Positions 20,634 to 32,726 of a DNA stretch of 64,000 nt are shown here, one piece after another. Within the stretch, counting starts at the first letter, position 1. Each line of letters begins with the position of its first letter. The position numbers and the translations under genes were made by a program. The stretch covers positions 62,092 to 126,091 of IMG/VR virus record IMGVR_UViG_3300028914_000064; one strand, 5' to 3'. The DNA is from a virus (Duplodnaviria > Caudoviricetes). Under the pieces are notes generated by a model. The model was not told the DNA's origin. It did not search any database and was given only the letters and a program-made list of their open reading frames with translations.

Positions 20634-21079
20634 AATTCCTCCATTTCTCTAATTTTATTCTTAGTATCTGCAATTTCTTTTTTGATTTCAGTTAAAGAGG
20701 TATTGCGATTATCTAATTCATTTATGAGTTGCTGCATGACATCTTCTCGATCAAAACTTGTAAATCCTTCTAATCTATAAATATCATTATCATCCGGGCA
20801 AATATCATTGTCTGAATTTCCTTTGACAATCGCTCTGATACTTATGAAATCAAGGGTTGTGATATCGACTTCTAAATAAAATTCATACCATCCATTATCA
20901 TTTATACTATTTGCCGTTTCATCAAAAAAAGGAATATACCCTTTTCTTTTCCTTATCCCATCTACAATAGAATCTAATTCAGTTGTGGATTGTAATTCAA
21001 AAGATATAATGCCTTTTTCTTCATAATATAATTCATATGCATCAGTACTCAATATAATCTTCATATTCTTTCTCCCTTC

Positions 21080-21448
21080 TTAAATAAGTTTTTCCTTCAA
21101 TAATTTGAGTATTTCTTTTCTTTCTTCCCAATCAAAATACATAGTATCTTTTTCATCAAGCATCCTATCAATTTTACGCAAAGCTTCTTTTCTTAAATAT
21201 TCATTTTTTTCAGCAGTTTTAATAATATGATTTGTATATTCATCCTCTGCTCCACAAAATAATCTTTCATTTTTTCCATTGTTAATCAGACCAATAATTG
21301 CAATGGCAAGAGTAACAACTTCTTCATGCTTTGAATCAAGAGCCATCCATAAAAAAGCATTGATTCCTTTAGCGTTACAACCATCTAACATTGAATAATA
21401 ATCAATTGCAGTATCATTTTCAAAAGGTCCAACATTCCATGCTCCCAT
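21080..21448 (-). CDS. DUF4259-like protein
   Basis: MGAWNVGPFENDTAIDY N-terminus. Confidence 0.75.
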   Translation of the reverse strand: MGAWNVGPFENDTAIDYYSMLDGCNAKGINAFLWMALDSKHEEVVTLAIAIIGLINNGKNERLFCGAEDEYTNHIIKTAEKNEYLRKEALRKIDRMLDEKDTMYFDWEERKEILKLLKEKLI

Positions 21449-22892
21449 AATTTATATTCCTTTCTTTTAATTACAAATTTTATTTTCCTTATTCAATTCA
21501 GATTCTATCCATATCATATTGTATAAGATATAATCTTTCATATTATTTTGTTTATAAAAATAAAGTAAATCTTCAAAAAATAATGTCCGTTCTTTAGCAT
21601 CCAATATATCTTCTGTACATTCCTTTTGCCAATCAGACATCCAAATCTCATCATAATCATAATTATTTGGATTTCTATTTATTATGATTACATCAAAATA
21701 TGTATTATCTGCAAGAAAAAATTTCCCATTGGTCAACTCTCCCATGAAAAGATAACATCCACCACCAGAAGCACATACATTTGCATTTTTTATTTTATAT
21801 TTCATCTTGTTCTCCTTTCTTTATTCCTGAGGGTAATCAATAGTATTAATCCAATTATCATCTTTATAATATTTTTTACACCACTGGAGATTAGTTCTAT
21901 TTTCTTTTTTATAGAATTCAGAACTAATGTCATCAATAATCTCACCTCCTGAATTTAAAAATGCTCCCCAATATTCATCTTGTTCTTTTGCTTTTTGTGA
22001 TAATGATTTTGCAGAATCTTTGTCAATATTGTAGTAAGCAATAGATCCAGCATCATTATATAAAAACACATAGACTTCAAGTTTGGGATTGTATAAATCA
22101 TTTCCGTCCTGAATATGCTCTAACATTTCTTTTGCTGAATTAAATTTCATAATTAACCTCCTTTACCATAAATCATTTTTAGAAAATACTTCTGTTAATA
22201 ACACCTCATCATAATGACCTAGATATTTATTTATGTGATTATCTATTTCTTTTTCATTACGACCTGTTATGATATATGCTTCACCTGATACAATAAAATA
22301 ATCATTTTCTTTCATATATTTGATTTCGGTTTTGTCATTACTATTTCTAATAGGTTGAATAAGCATTTTGAAAAATCCTTTTTTATTTGAATCACAAATA
22401 AAGGCTTTGTCAAAATCAAGTTCTGAGATATAGTTTCCTTCTTTATTCAATTCTTTAACTTCAATATATCCTTTCATTTTTCCTCCTTACTGAACTTGTG
22501 TAAGTTCCATTGAAATTTCATTTTTATTTATTTTTGTCTCTAATTTTACAATACGTCTGTAGTAATGGATTCCACTATCTATTTTATTTTTTTCAAGAAT
22601 GTTTATAGGATTTCCTTCTTCATAACTGTCAACACCTTGTCTTTTGAAACCAATATAAAGAGTACTTCCTCCCCATTCTTTTTCAAGAAGATGCTTTTCA
22701 ATATTATAATTCCAAACTATGAATAGATCTGAGGCCCAATCATCAACATAAGTACCTGCTATTTGGATGAGTTTTGTTAGAATACTTGAGTAGTTTATGC
22801 TCCATTTCTTTTCATTCATTCCATCATACCAATGACCATTTGCATAAATTGGTTCATAAATCATATTTGCCATTTTTTTATCCTTTCTTTAT

Positions 22893-22931
22893 AAAAATAA
22901 CTGAGGATGAATTGAATCATTCTCAGTTATT
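22893..22931 (-). terminator. Intrinsic terminator
   Basis: AATAACTGAG...CTCAGTTATT stem with minus-strand U tract. Confidence 0.65.
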
Positions 22932-24405
22932 ATGATTATTGTTTTCATTATTAATTCTTTTATACACTATCCAATCATATTCTCAATCTCAACAAAGTTT
23001 GCATTTTCATTATCATCCACATAAAAATGATAATAATGATTTTCCTTATCATATATTGGATCTTCAATATCTTTAGGAATATCAGATATTACAATATTGC
23101 CTAAATTTGCAATGATGTAAAAATCATTGGCATCATTTAATTCTAATTGATCATATAGATTATCACAAAATGTCTTTAAAGCAGATGGATTATTATTAAC
23201 AGAACATATTTCCCTAATAATTTTGACATAAATACCTGCATGAGTATGAGACCAATTTTCTATAATAACTTTTTTAACATTATCTAAAATTGGTTTAACA
23301 ACACTACACAGCATTTCCCCTGAATCTCTGTCATAATACATTTTAATCCATTTATAATTCAAATCAGAAAGCTGTTCTTTAGGATACCCAAAGGCGTATT
23401 CATTTTCGTTATAGGCGAGTATCAATTGACGCAGATGAGTATAAGACATTTCCTTTTTTAATTCATTACAAAAATTCCAAAGAGTTTCAGCATTCAACAT
23501 TACCCCACTAACTTCACGAACAAGATCAATATATATTGAAGCTAAGCAGCCAACATATTTATTTTCTTCAAGTGTTTTCCATTTCATATTTTTTTCTCCT
23601 TATAAATCATACAATTTCTTTTAATGGACAATCTATATGTCTTCCGTCATCTTCTCCATACGTATTTATTTTCTTGCCCATTAGACTTCCTAACATGCAA
23701 TAAGGCATATCCCCTAATATTACACTAGATCCACTTGTAAAACGACATTTTTTACAACTTTTTGGTTCGTCTATAATTATTGTTGCTTGCATTTTATTCA
23801 TTTAAATACCTCATTTCCATTAAAAATTAACATAATACTCTTTCTTTTTTATCAATTCATTATAAAGACTCGTTAATTCCTTATAATTTACTTTAGTTGC
23901 CATACTAATCCATAGGTTTAATTTCGAATCACTAAAAAAGATGTCTGCGTTGAACTCTTCATGGGATTTGTATGCTTCTTCTGTCAATGTAGAAAACATA
24001 TTCCATAAATTTGCAATTTCATCTTTCCAATAAACGATTTTCGAACCACCTCCTAAATCAATATAACTTAAGTGGGTCATATTGCTACTCCTCCTTTCTT
24101 TGTTATCTTTTCACAAATTTTAAATTCTGTATCATATAGCTTATTTAAAGCCTTGATGCATTGTTCCACATCTTCTTCATTCTTATGAATTATTTTTTGC
24201 TTATACATATAGCCAAGGTCAATTTCACAATAAGGCTCGAATATAGGTTCTTCACAAGTATTAAAGAAAAAAGCTATACCACCCACTTTCCCTGGATTGA
24301 CTTCATCATCAGGGAATATTGCTAAATATCCCCACCGTTTTACAAATTTATTGTATTCTCTTCTAAGAATTACTCGTTCCATATATGCTCCTCTTATATT
24401 TATTC

Positions 24406-24693
24406 TTATGTGTTATATTGGGAACTTTGCATCCAAAACTTTACTGTGAAATCTACTTTTTGATAAGGCACACCAAATATCCACCATTGCTTATCTTCAT
24501 AATAAGCACAATAAACATTTTTTCTTTCTGGGCACCACACTAAGACCCCTGTACTTTCATCCGGGAGTCTTTCATCAACAGAGATCCATTTTTCTTTTAC
24601 TACCAATTCTTGTCCATCCAATATTATCTTTTCTGTTTCATTTGTTTTACAGACTTCATATGATTTAAAATCTTCATTATAATGAATTTCCAT
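24406..24693 (-). CDS. DUF551-like protein
   Basis: WISVDERLPD...VLVW...VKFWM. Confidence 0.75.
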   Translation of the reverse strand: MEIHYNEDFKSYEVCKTNETEKIILDGQELVVKEKWISVDERLPDESTGVLVWCPERKNVYCAYYEDKQWWIFGVPYQKVDFTVKFWMQSSQYNT

Positions 24694-25265
24694 TATTGGT
24701 TCTCCTTTCTTGTTTTTATATAGATATCTTTTACTCGACCTCCATCCATATCTGTAACCAATGTTAGAGTATATTCTCCATCTCTATAAGAATGAAGAGA
24801 AGACACATAAGGCGTATGTATATATTTCCTTTTATCTATCTTTTGTAATCTTTCAATCAATTCGCCAACAGTTAAATATCTGCGCATATGTTATTATCTC
24901 CTTTCTTATCCAATATCAAATGGATGTATCATATCTGTTATCCAATCTTTTTCGCCTAAGAATCCATGACAATTATCATTTATTTTCCGTTGAATTCCTT
25001 CTTCAATGTACTCCCATTTATAAGGACTATTATATTTGTCATGTAACGCTTTTAAGATTTTTTTGTTGGAGTTTGCAAACTCGAGTAATTTTAAAGCATC
25101 TTCTTTGATATAACAATTGATTGCTACACAAGATGGATACAAAGAATTAGCTTCAAACCATTTGGTTAAGGCTTTTAATATATCATTCCCTTTATACAAT
25201 TGCTCCGTCCAAGTATCTTCTTTAGCTGATCTAATTACATCAACAATATATTTACTCAATATGTT

Positions 25266-25499
25266 TTACCTCCCTTCCTCGAGAAATTTGCAATTTTTCA
25301 ACTGATATTCTGTTGCAGTTCCATCAGCATTAGAGTATTTAGATTCTTTAAAATCAATTCTTGTAATTTCTTTTAAATCAAAGCCGACAGTACTATTAAA
25401 TTCTTTTGCTTTTTCAATTGCTTTTTCTACATTTTCTGCATGAATGAGAAAAGTTTCAGAATGAATTTCTGAAACTTCGATTGCATATATATTGTTCAT
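25266..25499 (-). CDS. DpnD/PcfM-like small protein
   Basis: YAIEVSEIHSETFLIHAENVEKAIEKA pattern. Confidence 0.55.
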   Translation of the reverse strand: MNNIYAIEVSEIHSETFLIHAENVEKAIEKAKEFNSTVGFDLKEITRIDFKESKYSNADGTATEYQLKNCKFLEEGR

Positions 25500-26485
25500 C
25501 TTTGTTTTTAATTCTCCTTTTCTACAAAAACGATTTCACCATTAATATCTTCGGAAACTCCAAAATCTGCACCAGAAAATTCATACTCTCCTTTTTCTTT
25601 TGCTTCTTCTATTGACTTAGCTTTAACAGCAACAATGTATGTTGATTCAACTTTAAAGTGCACAAAATATGTATCTGAAATAACATTTTTTAGTTTGTCA
25701 GCAATTTCTATCAAAGTATCCTTCGCTTCTTGACAATCATCAATTAAATCACGAACTGAATCCGGAACACCATTTTCCCCTCTCATATTGATATAACATT
25801 CCACCTCATCATCAACATCATAATTCTCTGCATATGCCGCAAACTCATCAACAAGGTTTTCAACAGTTCCATCATAATTAATTTCAACCGGGATATCTTG
25901 GCCTGCTGTATCGGTCCAAAATTCAATAAGTGCATTATCTTTATTGATTTCATACTTAATGTTCATTTCATCTAAAACTTTTTCAATTCTCTTCATTGTT
26001 ATTTTTCCTTTCCTTTTTATGTCATCAATTTTTTTCGAAAATAATAAGTTCTCCTTCAGCATCTCCTGAATGCTTGCTGTTCCACCAAAATGCAACTTCT
26101 TCAAGAGTTTTACAGTCTTCTTTTACATCCCAATAATTTTTTGCCTCCTTTACTTGTGAATCATCAAATGCTACGTCTTTGTCATAATTTTTTGCTATGT
26201 ACTTCATATTCCTTTTCCTTCTTTCATTTTTCGTTATATTTTTCATTCCATTCAAATTGCTTGCATTTAATCCAATAATTTGTAGGTTGTTCAAATTTAG
26301 AACTTTTAGGATTGCTACAATAGTTTTTATTTTCCCACCATTTACAATGTTCGCATTTAATGTTTGCCTTTTTGGACATATCCAATTCGCGTCTTGTCAT
26401 CTTCCTACCCCATTAGTAATGTATTATTTTCTGTTCGACATCAAACAACTCGCACTTTGCGCAACATTTTGGCATTTCAAAATCT

Positions 26486-26755
26486 TTAATCGCAATAATG
26501 TTTAGTCCCCTTTTCAAAATGTTCGTCAAAGTCATACCCTTCTTCGTCATACCATGTTATCCAATCATCTTCATCTTCGTCATACTCCTCAAGTCCTGCG
26601 GTACTACAATGATCGGGGAATACGCCCTCCTCAACCTTTGTGTTTACGAAACTTGATATGGCATCAATCATAACTTTTGCTTCTTCGGCAGAAGATACTT
26701 CTTTGTGGTAAGGCTTTGTACCAAGTATTAAATAATACATTCTTAATTTTGTCAT
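26486..26755 (-). CDS. P22 gp17-like (superinfection-exclusion-countering family) protein
   Basis: EVSSAEEAKVM...PDHCSTAGLEEYD...WITWYD resembles the gp17 V.SVEE...PDYCNANGL...W.DW pattern. Confidence 0.6.
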   Translation of the reverse strand: MTKLRMYYLILGTKPYHKEVSSAEEAKVMIDAISSFVNTKVEEGVFPDHCSTAGLEEYDEDEDDWITWYDEEGYDFDEHFEKGTKHYCD

Positions 26756-28491
26756 TTGTTATTCCTCCTATTCTGATAATAGCTTATCTATCATATTGCT
26801 TCCCAAACTATATCTCCATCAAAATGGTCCTCAGCTTCTTCATTGGGATTAACAGATTCAATCACATAGAAGCTTTCCCTTCTTTCCTTATCTGAATCAC
26901 TAAGAGTTTCCCATTCTGATTTAGCTTTCAAAACAGCTTCTTCTTCAGTTGCAAATTCCTTATTGAACATGTCTCCATTTAAAATTTGATCAATTAAAAT
27001 AAATCTCATTTTAAATCCTCCTTTAATCAAAATCTATAAAGTTTCCATAACCATTATTTTCAAACCATTCAGCACGTTTTTTTGTGGTTTCAAAGTTTTC
27101 TGCTATCTGTTTATAATGGTCTATATATTTTTTTGCAAGCCATGTTTCACACCATCTTTTGATATCTTGGACAGTATGAGTACAATTTCCTTGATACCCT
27201 CCTACTCTAATAATGGAACCATCATGTTCTTCATAATGTTCATCATATTGTTCGTCATAATCAAATCCTTTACTCATAGACCATCCATGACACCAAGATA
27301 CCTCATATGCATAAGGGCGAGTGAAACCATGTTTTTTATCGAATGCTTGATTACTATAATTGCTATAATCTTTAAAATAAATATCGTTAATCTTTTCGTC
27401 CCCATCATATAAAAAACATTCATAATGACCATTTTTTACATCATCTTTCCAATAAAATTTCATCATATATCTGTTTCCTTTTCTTTTTCTAAAATTGGTT
27501 TTGCTTTTTTAAGTATTGCTTGGCAAAAATCCCAGGCATATTGTTCATTTGGTGTTCTTGGTTGAGCATCCGATTTATTCATTTTCTCTATAACTGCATC
27601 AGCATCTATTAATTTGCCATGTCCTTTTGGGAGTTTTATTCCATTTGTTACAATTCGTTGTAGTTCATATCCTTCCTGTGCTAATTCTTCAATCTTATGA
27701 TAATAATATTCTGGTATATCAATTACAATTTGCATTTTTCTTTCCTCCTTTGGATATAATACCTTTGTTTAATAAATTCTACCAGTTCTTTTGTCAAACT
27801 CTATAGTTTCGTGAAGTATGTTTTCAATAAGATTTCCATTTTTGTCTTGTTTACGAGAAAAAATCTTTGTTTCTTTTGTCTCTAAATCCATTACAGCTAT
27901 TTTTGTATTAGAATTGTACCAATTACTTTCACTTGCATATGCCATTTCATGCGTCATGGCAGCAACTATAATCCATTGCCCTTTATTTGGCATTAAAAGA
28001 TATTGATTCATTATCCCTCCTCTTCGAAATCATCATAAGTATTTCGGCAAACATTTCGTGCATCTCTTGCCCATCGTTCAATGTTTTCTAATGTGGTCTC
28101 AATAATTGGAAGGTCTTCACTTTCTTCGACTCTATCAACTATTTCCTTTACATAATCTGCATCTGATTCAATCTTCTCTACAAGATGGATAATTCTTTCA
28201 AGTTTCTTCATTACTTTTTCATTCATGTTCTTAGTTCCTTTCATTTACAATAATTGTTTTTTTACTTAAGCAGGATAACTTTTTATATTATCCAAGAGCC
28301 AATCAATTGTTTGAGTTTCGTTACGTTTCCGTTCCAATTCTTCTTTTACAAATGCTATTACTTTTTCTAAAGCTTCAAAATAGTTGCAAAGAGAATATTC
28401 TTTTCTTATCACCTCCCTTTCTTCTGTTCTTTGATTAACAAATGTAATGTCAAATGTATGAAGCATAACCTCATCTCCTTTCTTATAAATT

Positions 28492-28538
28492 AAAAACTCT
28501 CAAACAATTATTATTGCTGAGAGCTTTTGCTATTCATT
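28492..28538 (-). terminator. Probable terminator after RelE/ParE module
   Basis: AAAACTCTCA...TGAGAGCTTTT imperfect stem. Confidence 0.5.
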
Positions 28539-28886
28539 AGATATGTTTTTCCCTTGAATATGATATGAATTCTTTATTTTCAAAATTCGTTTCCAATTTT
28601 GTTTTTGATAAAGAATACGAAGTATATAAATTTCTCCTTTCTTTTCATTTACAACATAGAATAAATTATAATTTCCAAATGGAAGTATATGAATTAAATA
28701 ATTACGATATTCTATGTCTAATGTATTAAATCCTTTTGGGAATATTACCATGTTTGAAATGGTTAAATTCTATAGTTTGAGAAATAGTAAACCTGAATTT
28801 TTATCTTTTGTATAATCATAAGCCATATAAGAAATGTGACATATATCTTTAATGGCTTCATCAGTTTCAAGTATTTTGTGATACAT
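28530..28886 (-). pseudogene. RelE/ParE-family toxin with in-frame amber stop at codon 39
   Basis: MYHKILETDEAIKDICHI...KL*NLTISNMVIFPKG...GNYNLFYVVNEKKGEIYILRILYQKQNW; TAG at 28772-28770. Confidence 0.75.
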
Positions 28887-29040
28887 AATCATTATACTGC
28901 TGCATTAAGATTTCCATTGTCTTTTCATGAGAAGTAATACGATTATTTTCTATATCATTAATACCTTTATCTAATTCTTCTAGTAAATTAGATGTTCCAT
29001 CAATAGGAGTTGCAGCATCTATAGTCAATTCTCCTAACAT
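28867..29040 (-). CDS. Putative antitoxin (57 aa, not in ORF track) overlapping the RelE/ParE start
   Basis: MLGELTIDAATPIDGTSNLLEELDKGINDIENNRITSHEKTMEIL...; acidic; GAAAGGA RBS; 20-nt overlap with toxin. Confidence 0.65.
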   Translation of the reverse strand: MLGELTIDAATPIDGTSNLLEELDKGINDIENNRITSHEKTMEILMQQYNDYVSQNT

Positions 29041-29428
29041 ACAGCTTTTTCCTTTCTTTTTTATTTTTTAAGAAGTCTATTCGTTAAGGACATTGTAGCA
29101 TATCCCCTATGAGTTTTCTATTTTATATTTAAACAAATATTTCGCTTACCGAAACTTCAATAATATAAAATATCCTTAGCTTACCCTTTTCCCATGCAAG
29201 CTGTGCATATTCTTCTTCATGATAAGTAGAGTTGTCTTGCTTGAAATCATCATCTTCAAGCGCCAGATTATAAAAATACTCCCATATTCTTTGAAGTGCT
29301 TCTATTGCTTCCTCTTTGCTATCATAAATCCAAATTTTATCTACTTTCATATCTTTAACATTTGTTATCATAGATTTCTTTAAATTACTTAATACTGCAT
29401 ACATAATAATTCTCCTTTTTACATAATC

Positions 29429-29455
29429 AAAAAGAAAGAGTTAAAACTCTTTCTT
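29429..29455 (-). terminator. Intrinsic terminator after PIN toxin
   Basis: AAGAAAGAGT-TAAA-ACTCTTTCTT. Confidence 0.65.
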
Positions 29456-29459
29456 AAAA

Positions 29460-29870
29460 TCAGCTTTTCTCTATTATTTTTATTTGCATTGTATTATTTG
29501 TAAATTGCTCTAATTTTATATCGTTGGTAATAAACATAACTGGACTAAGACTTTGAGCAACTGCCAATTGCAAGCTATCCATTGCACGAATGCTTGAATT
29601 AGATCTTAATTCTCCTGATATGTATCCCATGTCTTTAATAATTGGAATTATCTGAATATCATTATCAGCAATAAATGCTTCTAATCTTTCTTTGTTTTGT
29701 TGGAAATCCTGAGTAGTATATTCCATAATTGTTACAGGTGAGATATAAATATGATAAGCTTTAGATGCATATTCTTGTATTAATCTTCGTGCCTTATTTC
29801 CAAGTTCACTGGGATTTTCTAATGCATAAATAATACAGCATGTATCTAAAAAGATATTATATTCTGTCAT
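29460..29870 (-). CDS. vapC: PIN-domain (VapC-like) toxin
   Basis: IFLDTCCIIY, SPVTIMEY, MDSLQLAVA, FITNDIKL acidic PIN tetrad. Confidence 0.88.
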   Translation of the reverse strand: MTEYNIFLDTCCIIYALENPSELGNKARRLIQEYASKAYHIYISPVTIMEYTTQDFQQNKERLEAFIADNDIQIIPIIKDMGYISGELRSNSSIRAMDSLQLAVAQSLSPVMFITNDIKLEQFTNNTMQIKIIEKS

Positions 29871-30105
29871 TTTCTCTTAACTCCCTTACATATGATACAG
29901 GATTAGTTGCTCTTTTAGAATTATTAAAATTCGTATATTTATCCCAATCAATAGTAGTAGATTGTTTTTTCTTTTCGCATAGGATTCCCTCTCCTATATC
30001 TTTCATAGTTAAACTATCTCCTACATGTATATTCAATCGTTGAACAATTTCCAATGGGATTGTAACAACAAAGCTATTTCCAACTTTTCTTAATTTTACA
30101 TCCAT
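29857..30105 (-). CDS. AbrB/MazE-family antitoxin (VapB-like)
   Basis: KLRKVGNSFVVTIPLEIVQRLNIHVGD; overlaps toxin start. Confidence 0.88.
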   Translation of the reverse strand: MDVKLRKVGNSFVVTIPLEIVQRLNIHVGDSLTMKDIGEGILCEKKKQSTTIDWDKYTNFNNSKRATNPVSYVRELRENDRI

Positions 30106-30122
30106 TGTATTACCTCCTTCTT

Positions 30123-30149
30123 ATGCTGTATATACAGTATATACTGCAT
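30123..30149. promoter_or_regulatory. Palindromic operator upstream of AbrB-PIN pair
   Basis: ATGCTGTATATAC-A-GTATATACTGCAT near-perfect inverted repeat overlapping a TATACT -10-like box. Confidence 0.65.
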
Positions 30150-30506
30150 TGATCCATTTATCAATCATTTTCATCCTGAATGTATTCTCTCTGCATTCTT
30201 TCCCAATTTTCTAAGAGCCAATCTATACATAATTCTATGTTAGTTTCTGTTATTGGAGTTTCTGCAACATCACATTCTCCCTCATCAGTAATTGGATATA
30301 ACCAATCAACATCATAATCACATTGTAAGAGAAAATTTGTTGGCTGATATGCAACCTTTCCATATAAATTCCATTCATCATTATTTTCATAATCCATCCA
30401 AGCAAAACAAATAGCCCATAATTTATTGTCTTTCCGTTGTAATTTATAATACCAAGTTCCATTCCGTTCATTTGATTTAAGAGCACTCTTAGCTATACTT
30501 ATAATT

Positions 30507-30758
30507 TTATCTCTCATAATTGCATAATCTCCTTTCTTTTCCATGTAAGTTTGAAAACTCTTCGTCTGTAATGTATTCTTTATCACCCAAGATATTTGTA
30601 TCAGTTACAAGAAAACCGATTCTATTAATCAAAGCTTTCCGCTCAATTGTAAATCCATTTTCTTGATCTCTGAGATGAAATACAAATAAACCTTGTTTTC
30701 TTAAAGCTGTAATTTTATTCTGTTCTAAAGGACTAAAATCAACATATTCATAATTCAT
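30507..30758 (-). CDS. LPD28-like (large polyvalent protein-associated) domain protein
   Basis: GLFVFHLRD...TIERKALINRIGFLVTD pattern. Confidence 0.55.
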   Translation of the reverse strand: MNYEYVDFSPLEQNKITALRKQGLFVFHLRDQENGFTIERKALINRIGFLVTDTNILGDKEYITDEEFSNLHGKERRLCNYER

Positions 30759-32051
30759 AACAGCTCCTTTCCTTAATCTTTTTCATTTACATTATTGAGT
30801 TTTTCATTGGCCATTGTAATATATTCATCACAAACAGCAATCAATCGATAATAATTTCCTTTCGTAGCACTTTCATACATTTCTTCAATCTTATCAGAGA
30901 GACCAACCTGTCTTAATGCTTTTGCAGTATATCCCATAATTGAAAAAGCATTTCCATCAACACCAATGAGACTAAAATTTTCCATAATTTATCTATTATC
31001 CCCCTTTCTCAATCTTCATAGTGTACTGCTTAACCCATTTATTACATCTTTGATCATAGCCCAAGCGCTATCTCCAGTTACGTTTATATCATAATATCCA
31101 TCATTCCGTTCCGGGTTATCACTCCATATCGGACGAACAACTCTCTCATATGCAATTGGTTCTTTTGAATCGGCTGCTTCAATAAGTCTAAGTTCTTGGA
31201 TGTGATTATTTTCTTCACTTCCATTTGCTCTTGTTTCCATGATTGCTTTGCATAAATAATCCAAACATTTTTGCATATCTTCTTTCTTTCCATTATACAT
31301 ATTAGTCTTCCTCCTTTACATTTTCTTGAACTAAATCTGCGGTTATATTTTCAACCATTCCATCTGCATTGAGCTGAATTTCTTCATCGCCTATTGGGTC
31401 AACCATTATACAATTGTTACATGTCTCAGAAAAATTCAAATCTTCTGCCTTAGAAATAGCATTTAGTTCGTCTTCTGCAATAATGTCTACATCAAAACTT
31501 ATTGTATATTCTCCGTGTACTTTGTATTTGTTCATAATCTTTTCCTCCTTTCTTTTCCTTTTTAATCTTCCCAATACTCATCATCAATTTCATCGTCATC
31601 TAATGCGAATTCATAAGGTCCTTCACAATCATAGATTGATTCGCATTTCTTTTGCTTTTCATATTCTTTGAGATATTCTTCTGTGTTAGTAAAATCTGTA
31701 AGAGTTTTAAGAATTTGCTCATATTCTGCATGAGACTTACAATCTCTAATCTGATTTAAAATCTCTGAAGTTCCTTTAGCATATTGATGAAGCCAATTTG
31801 CATAACTTGAAAGATCGTTACACCAACCGATCATTCCGTAATGATTATCATAGACATCTCCATCGTTGTACCACTTGTAAACAAGTTTGTTTGTCGCGGT
31901 AACAATCTGCGTTGCCATATTTTCTCCTTCTCCTTTAAAGGGGAGATATTTCTCTGTAATGTCTTTAAATTTGTCAAAATACTCCCAATCTATACCTCCG
32001 TTGATTGTTCCTCCATTGTAGTTACTCATATTTTATTTCTCCTTTCTTTCA

Positions 32052-32726
32052 TCAGGCTTTAGTTGTGCCTGTTATACACATTTCTATAATAAATTTTTTG
32101 ATAAGGCTGTTATCATTTGAAGCATAATAATCAACTAACATCTGCTTAAATTTTCCATCATATTCTATGGGGACATTAAAGATTCCCTTTCCATTTTGAA
32201 TTAGTATCTTGTTTATGACATAGCTTCCAACTCTCTTATTTCCATCTTTAAAAGGTTGCATTCTCATAATATAAAGACCTATATCAATTGCTGAATCTGT
32301 AATATAATCTGCATCAATTGATTTAAGAACTTCACATAATTCATCAATATCTTTTTCTGTTGGAACAGATGGTCTCCATGTCGTTCCAGAAATCATTACC
32401 TCATCTTTTCTAAATTTTCCTAGATAAGTGTATTCGACATCAAATCTTGCAATTAGGTTATGTAAATCTTCTAGAAAGATAAGATTTAGATCTGATTCAA
32501 TATTGTCAAGGAGATATTTCCAACCATCTCTTAAACAACATACCTTACTTATATCTTTTGGAGTAATGGAATCTACATTTACGTTGTTAATAATATCTTG
32601 TGTTTCAGCAAAAGTAACTCCTATACCTTCGAGGTTCGCTTGCTGATATATTGAATCAATCAAAATCCGTTTTGCACAAAATACATTTTCTTCTAAAGTC
32701 ATGTTATAAATATCTTGCACTTTCAA
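32052..32726 (-). CDS. Fic-domain protein with non-canonical motif
   Basis: QQANLEG, LHNLIA, GKFR, QPFKDGNKRVG (Gln in place of the catalytic His). Confidence 0.85.
   Translation of the reverse strand: MKVQDIYNMTLEENVFCAKRILIDSIYQQANLEGIGVTFAETQDIINNVNVDSITPKDISKVCCLRDGWKYLLDNIESDLNLIFLEDLHNLIARFDVEYTYLGKFRKDEVMISGTTWRPSVPTEKDIDELCEVLKSIDADYITDSAIDIGLYIMRMQPFKDGNKRVGSYVINKILIQNGKGIFNVPIEYDGKFKQMLVDYYASNDNSLIKKFIIEMCITGTTKA

Noticed and set aside
28770-28772. Genome-wide amber stop-codon reassignment
   Set aside because: Long genes are intact in code 11 and TAG ends several genes (e.g. 46656, 50966, 58535); only one internal TAG found
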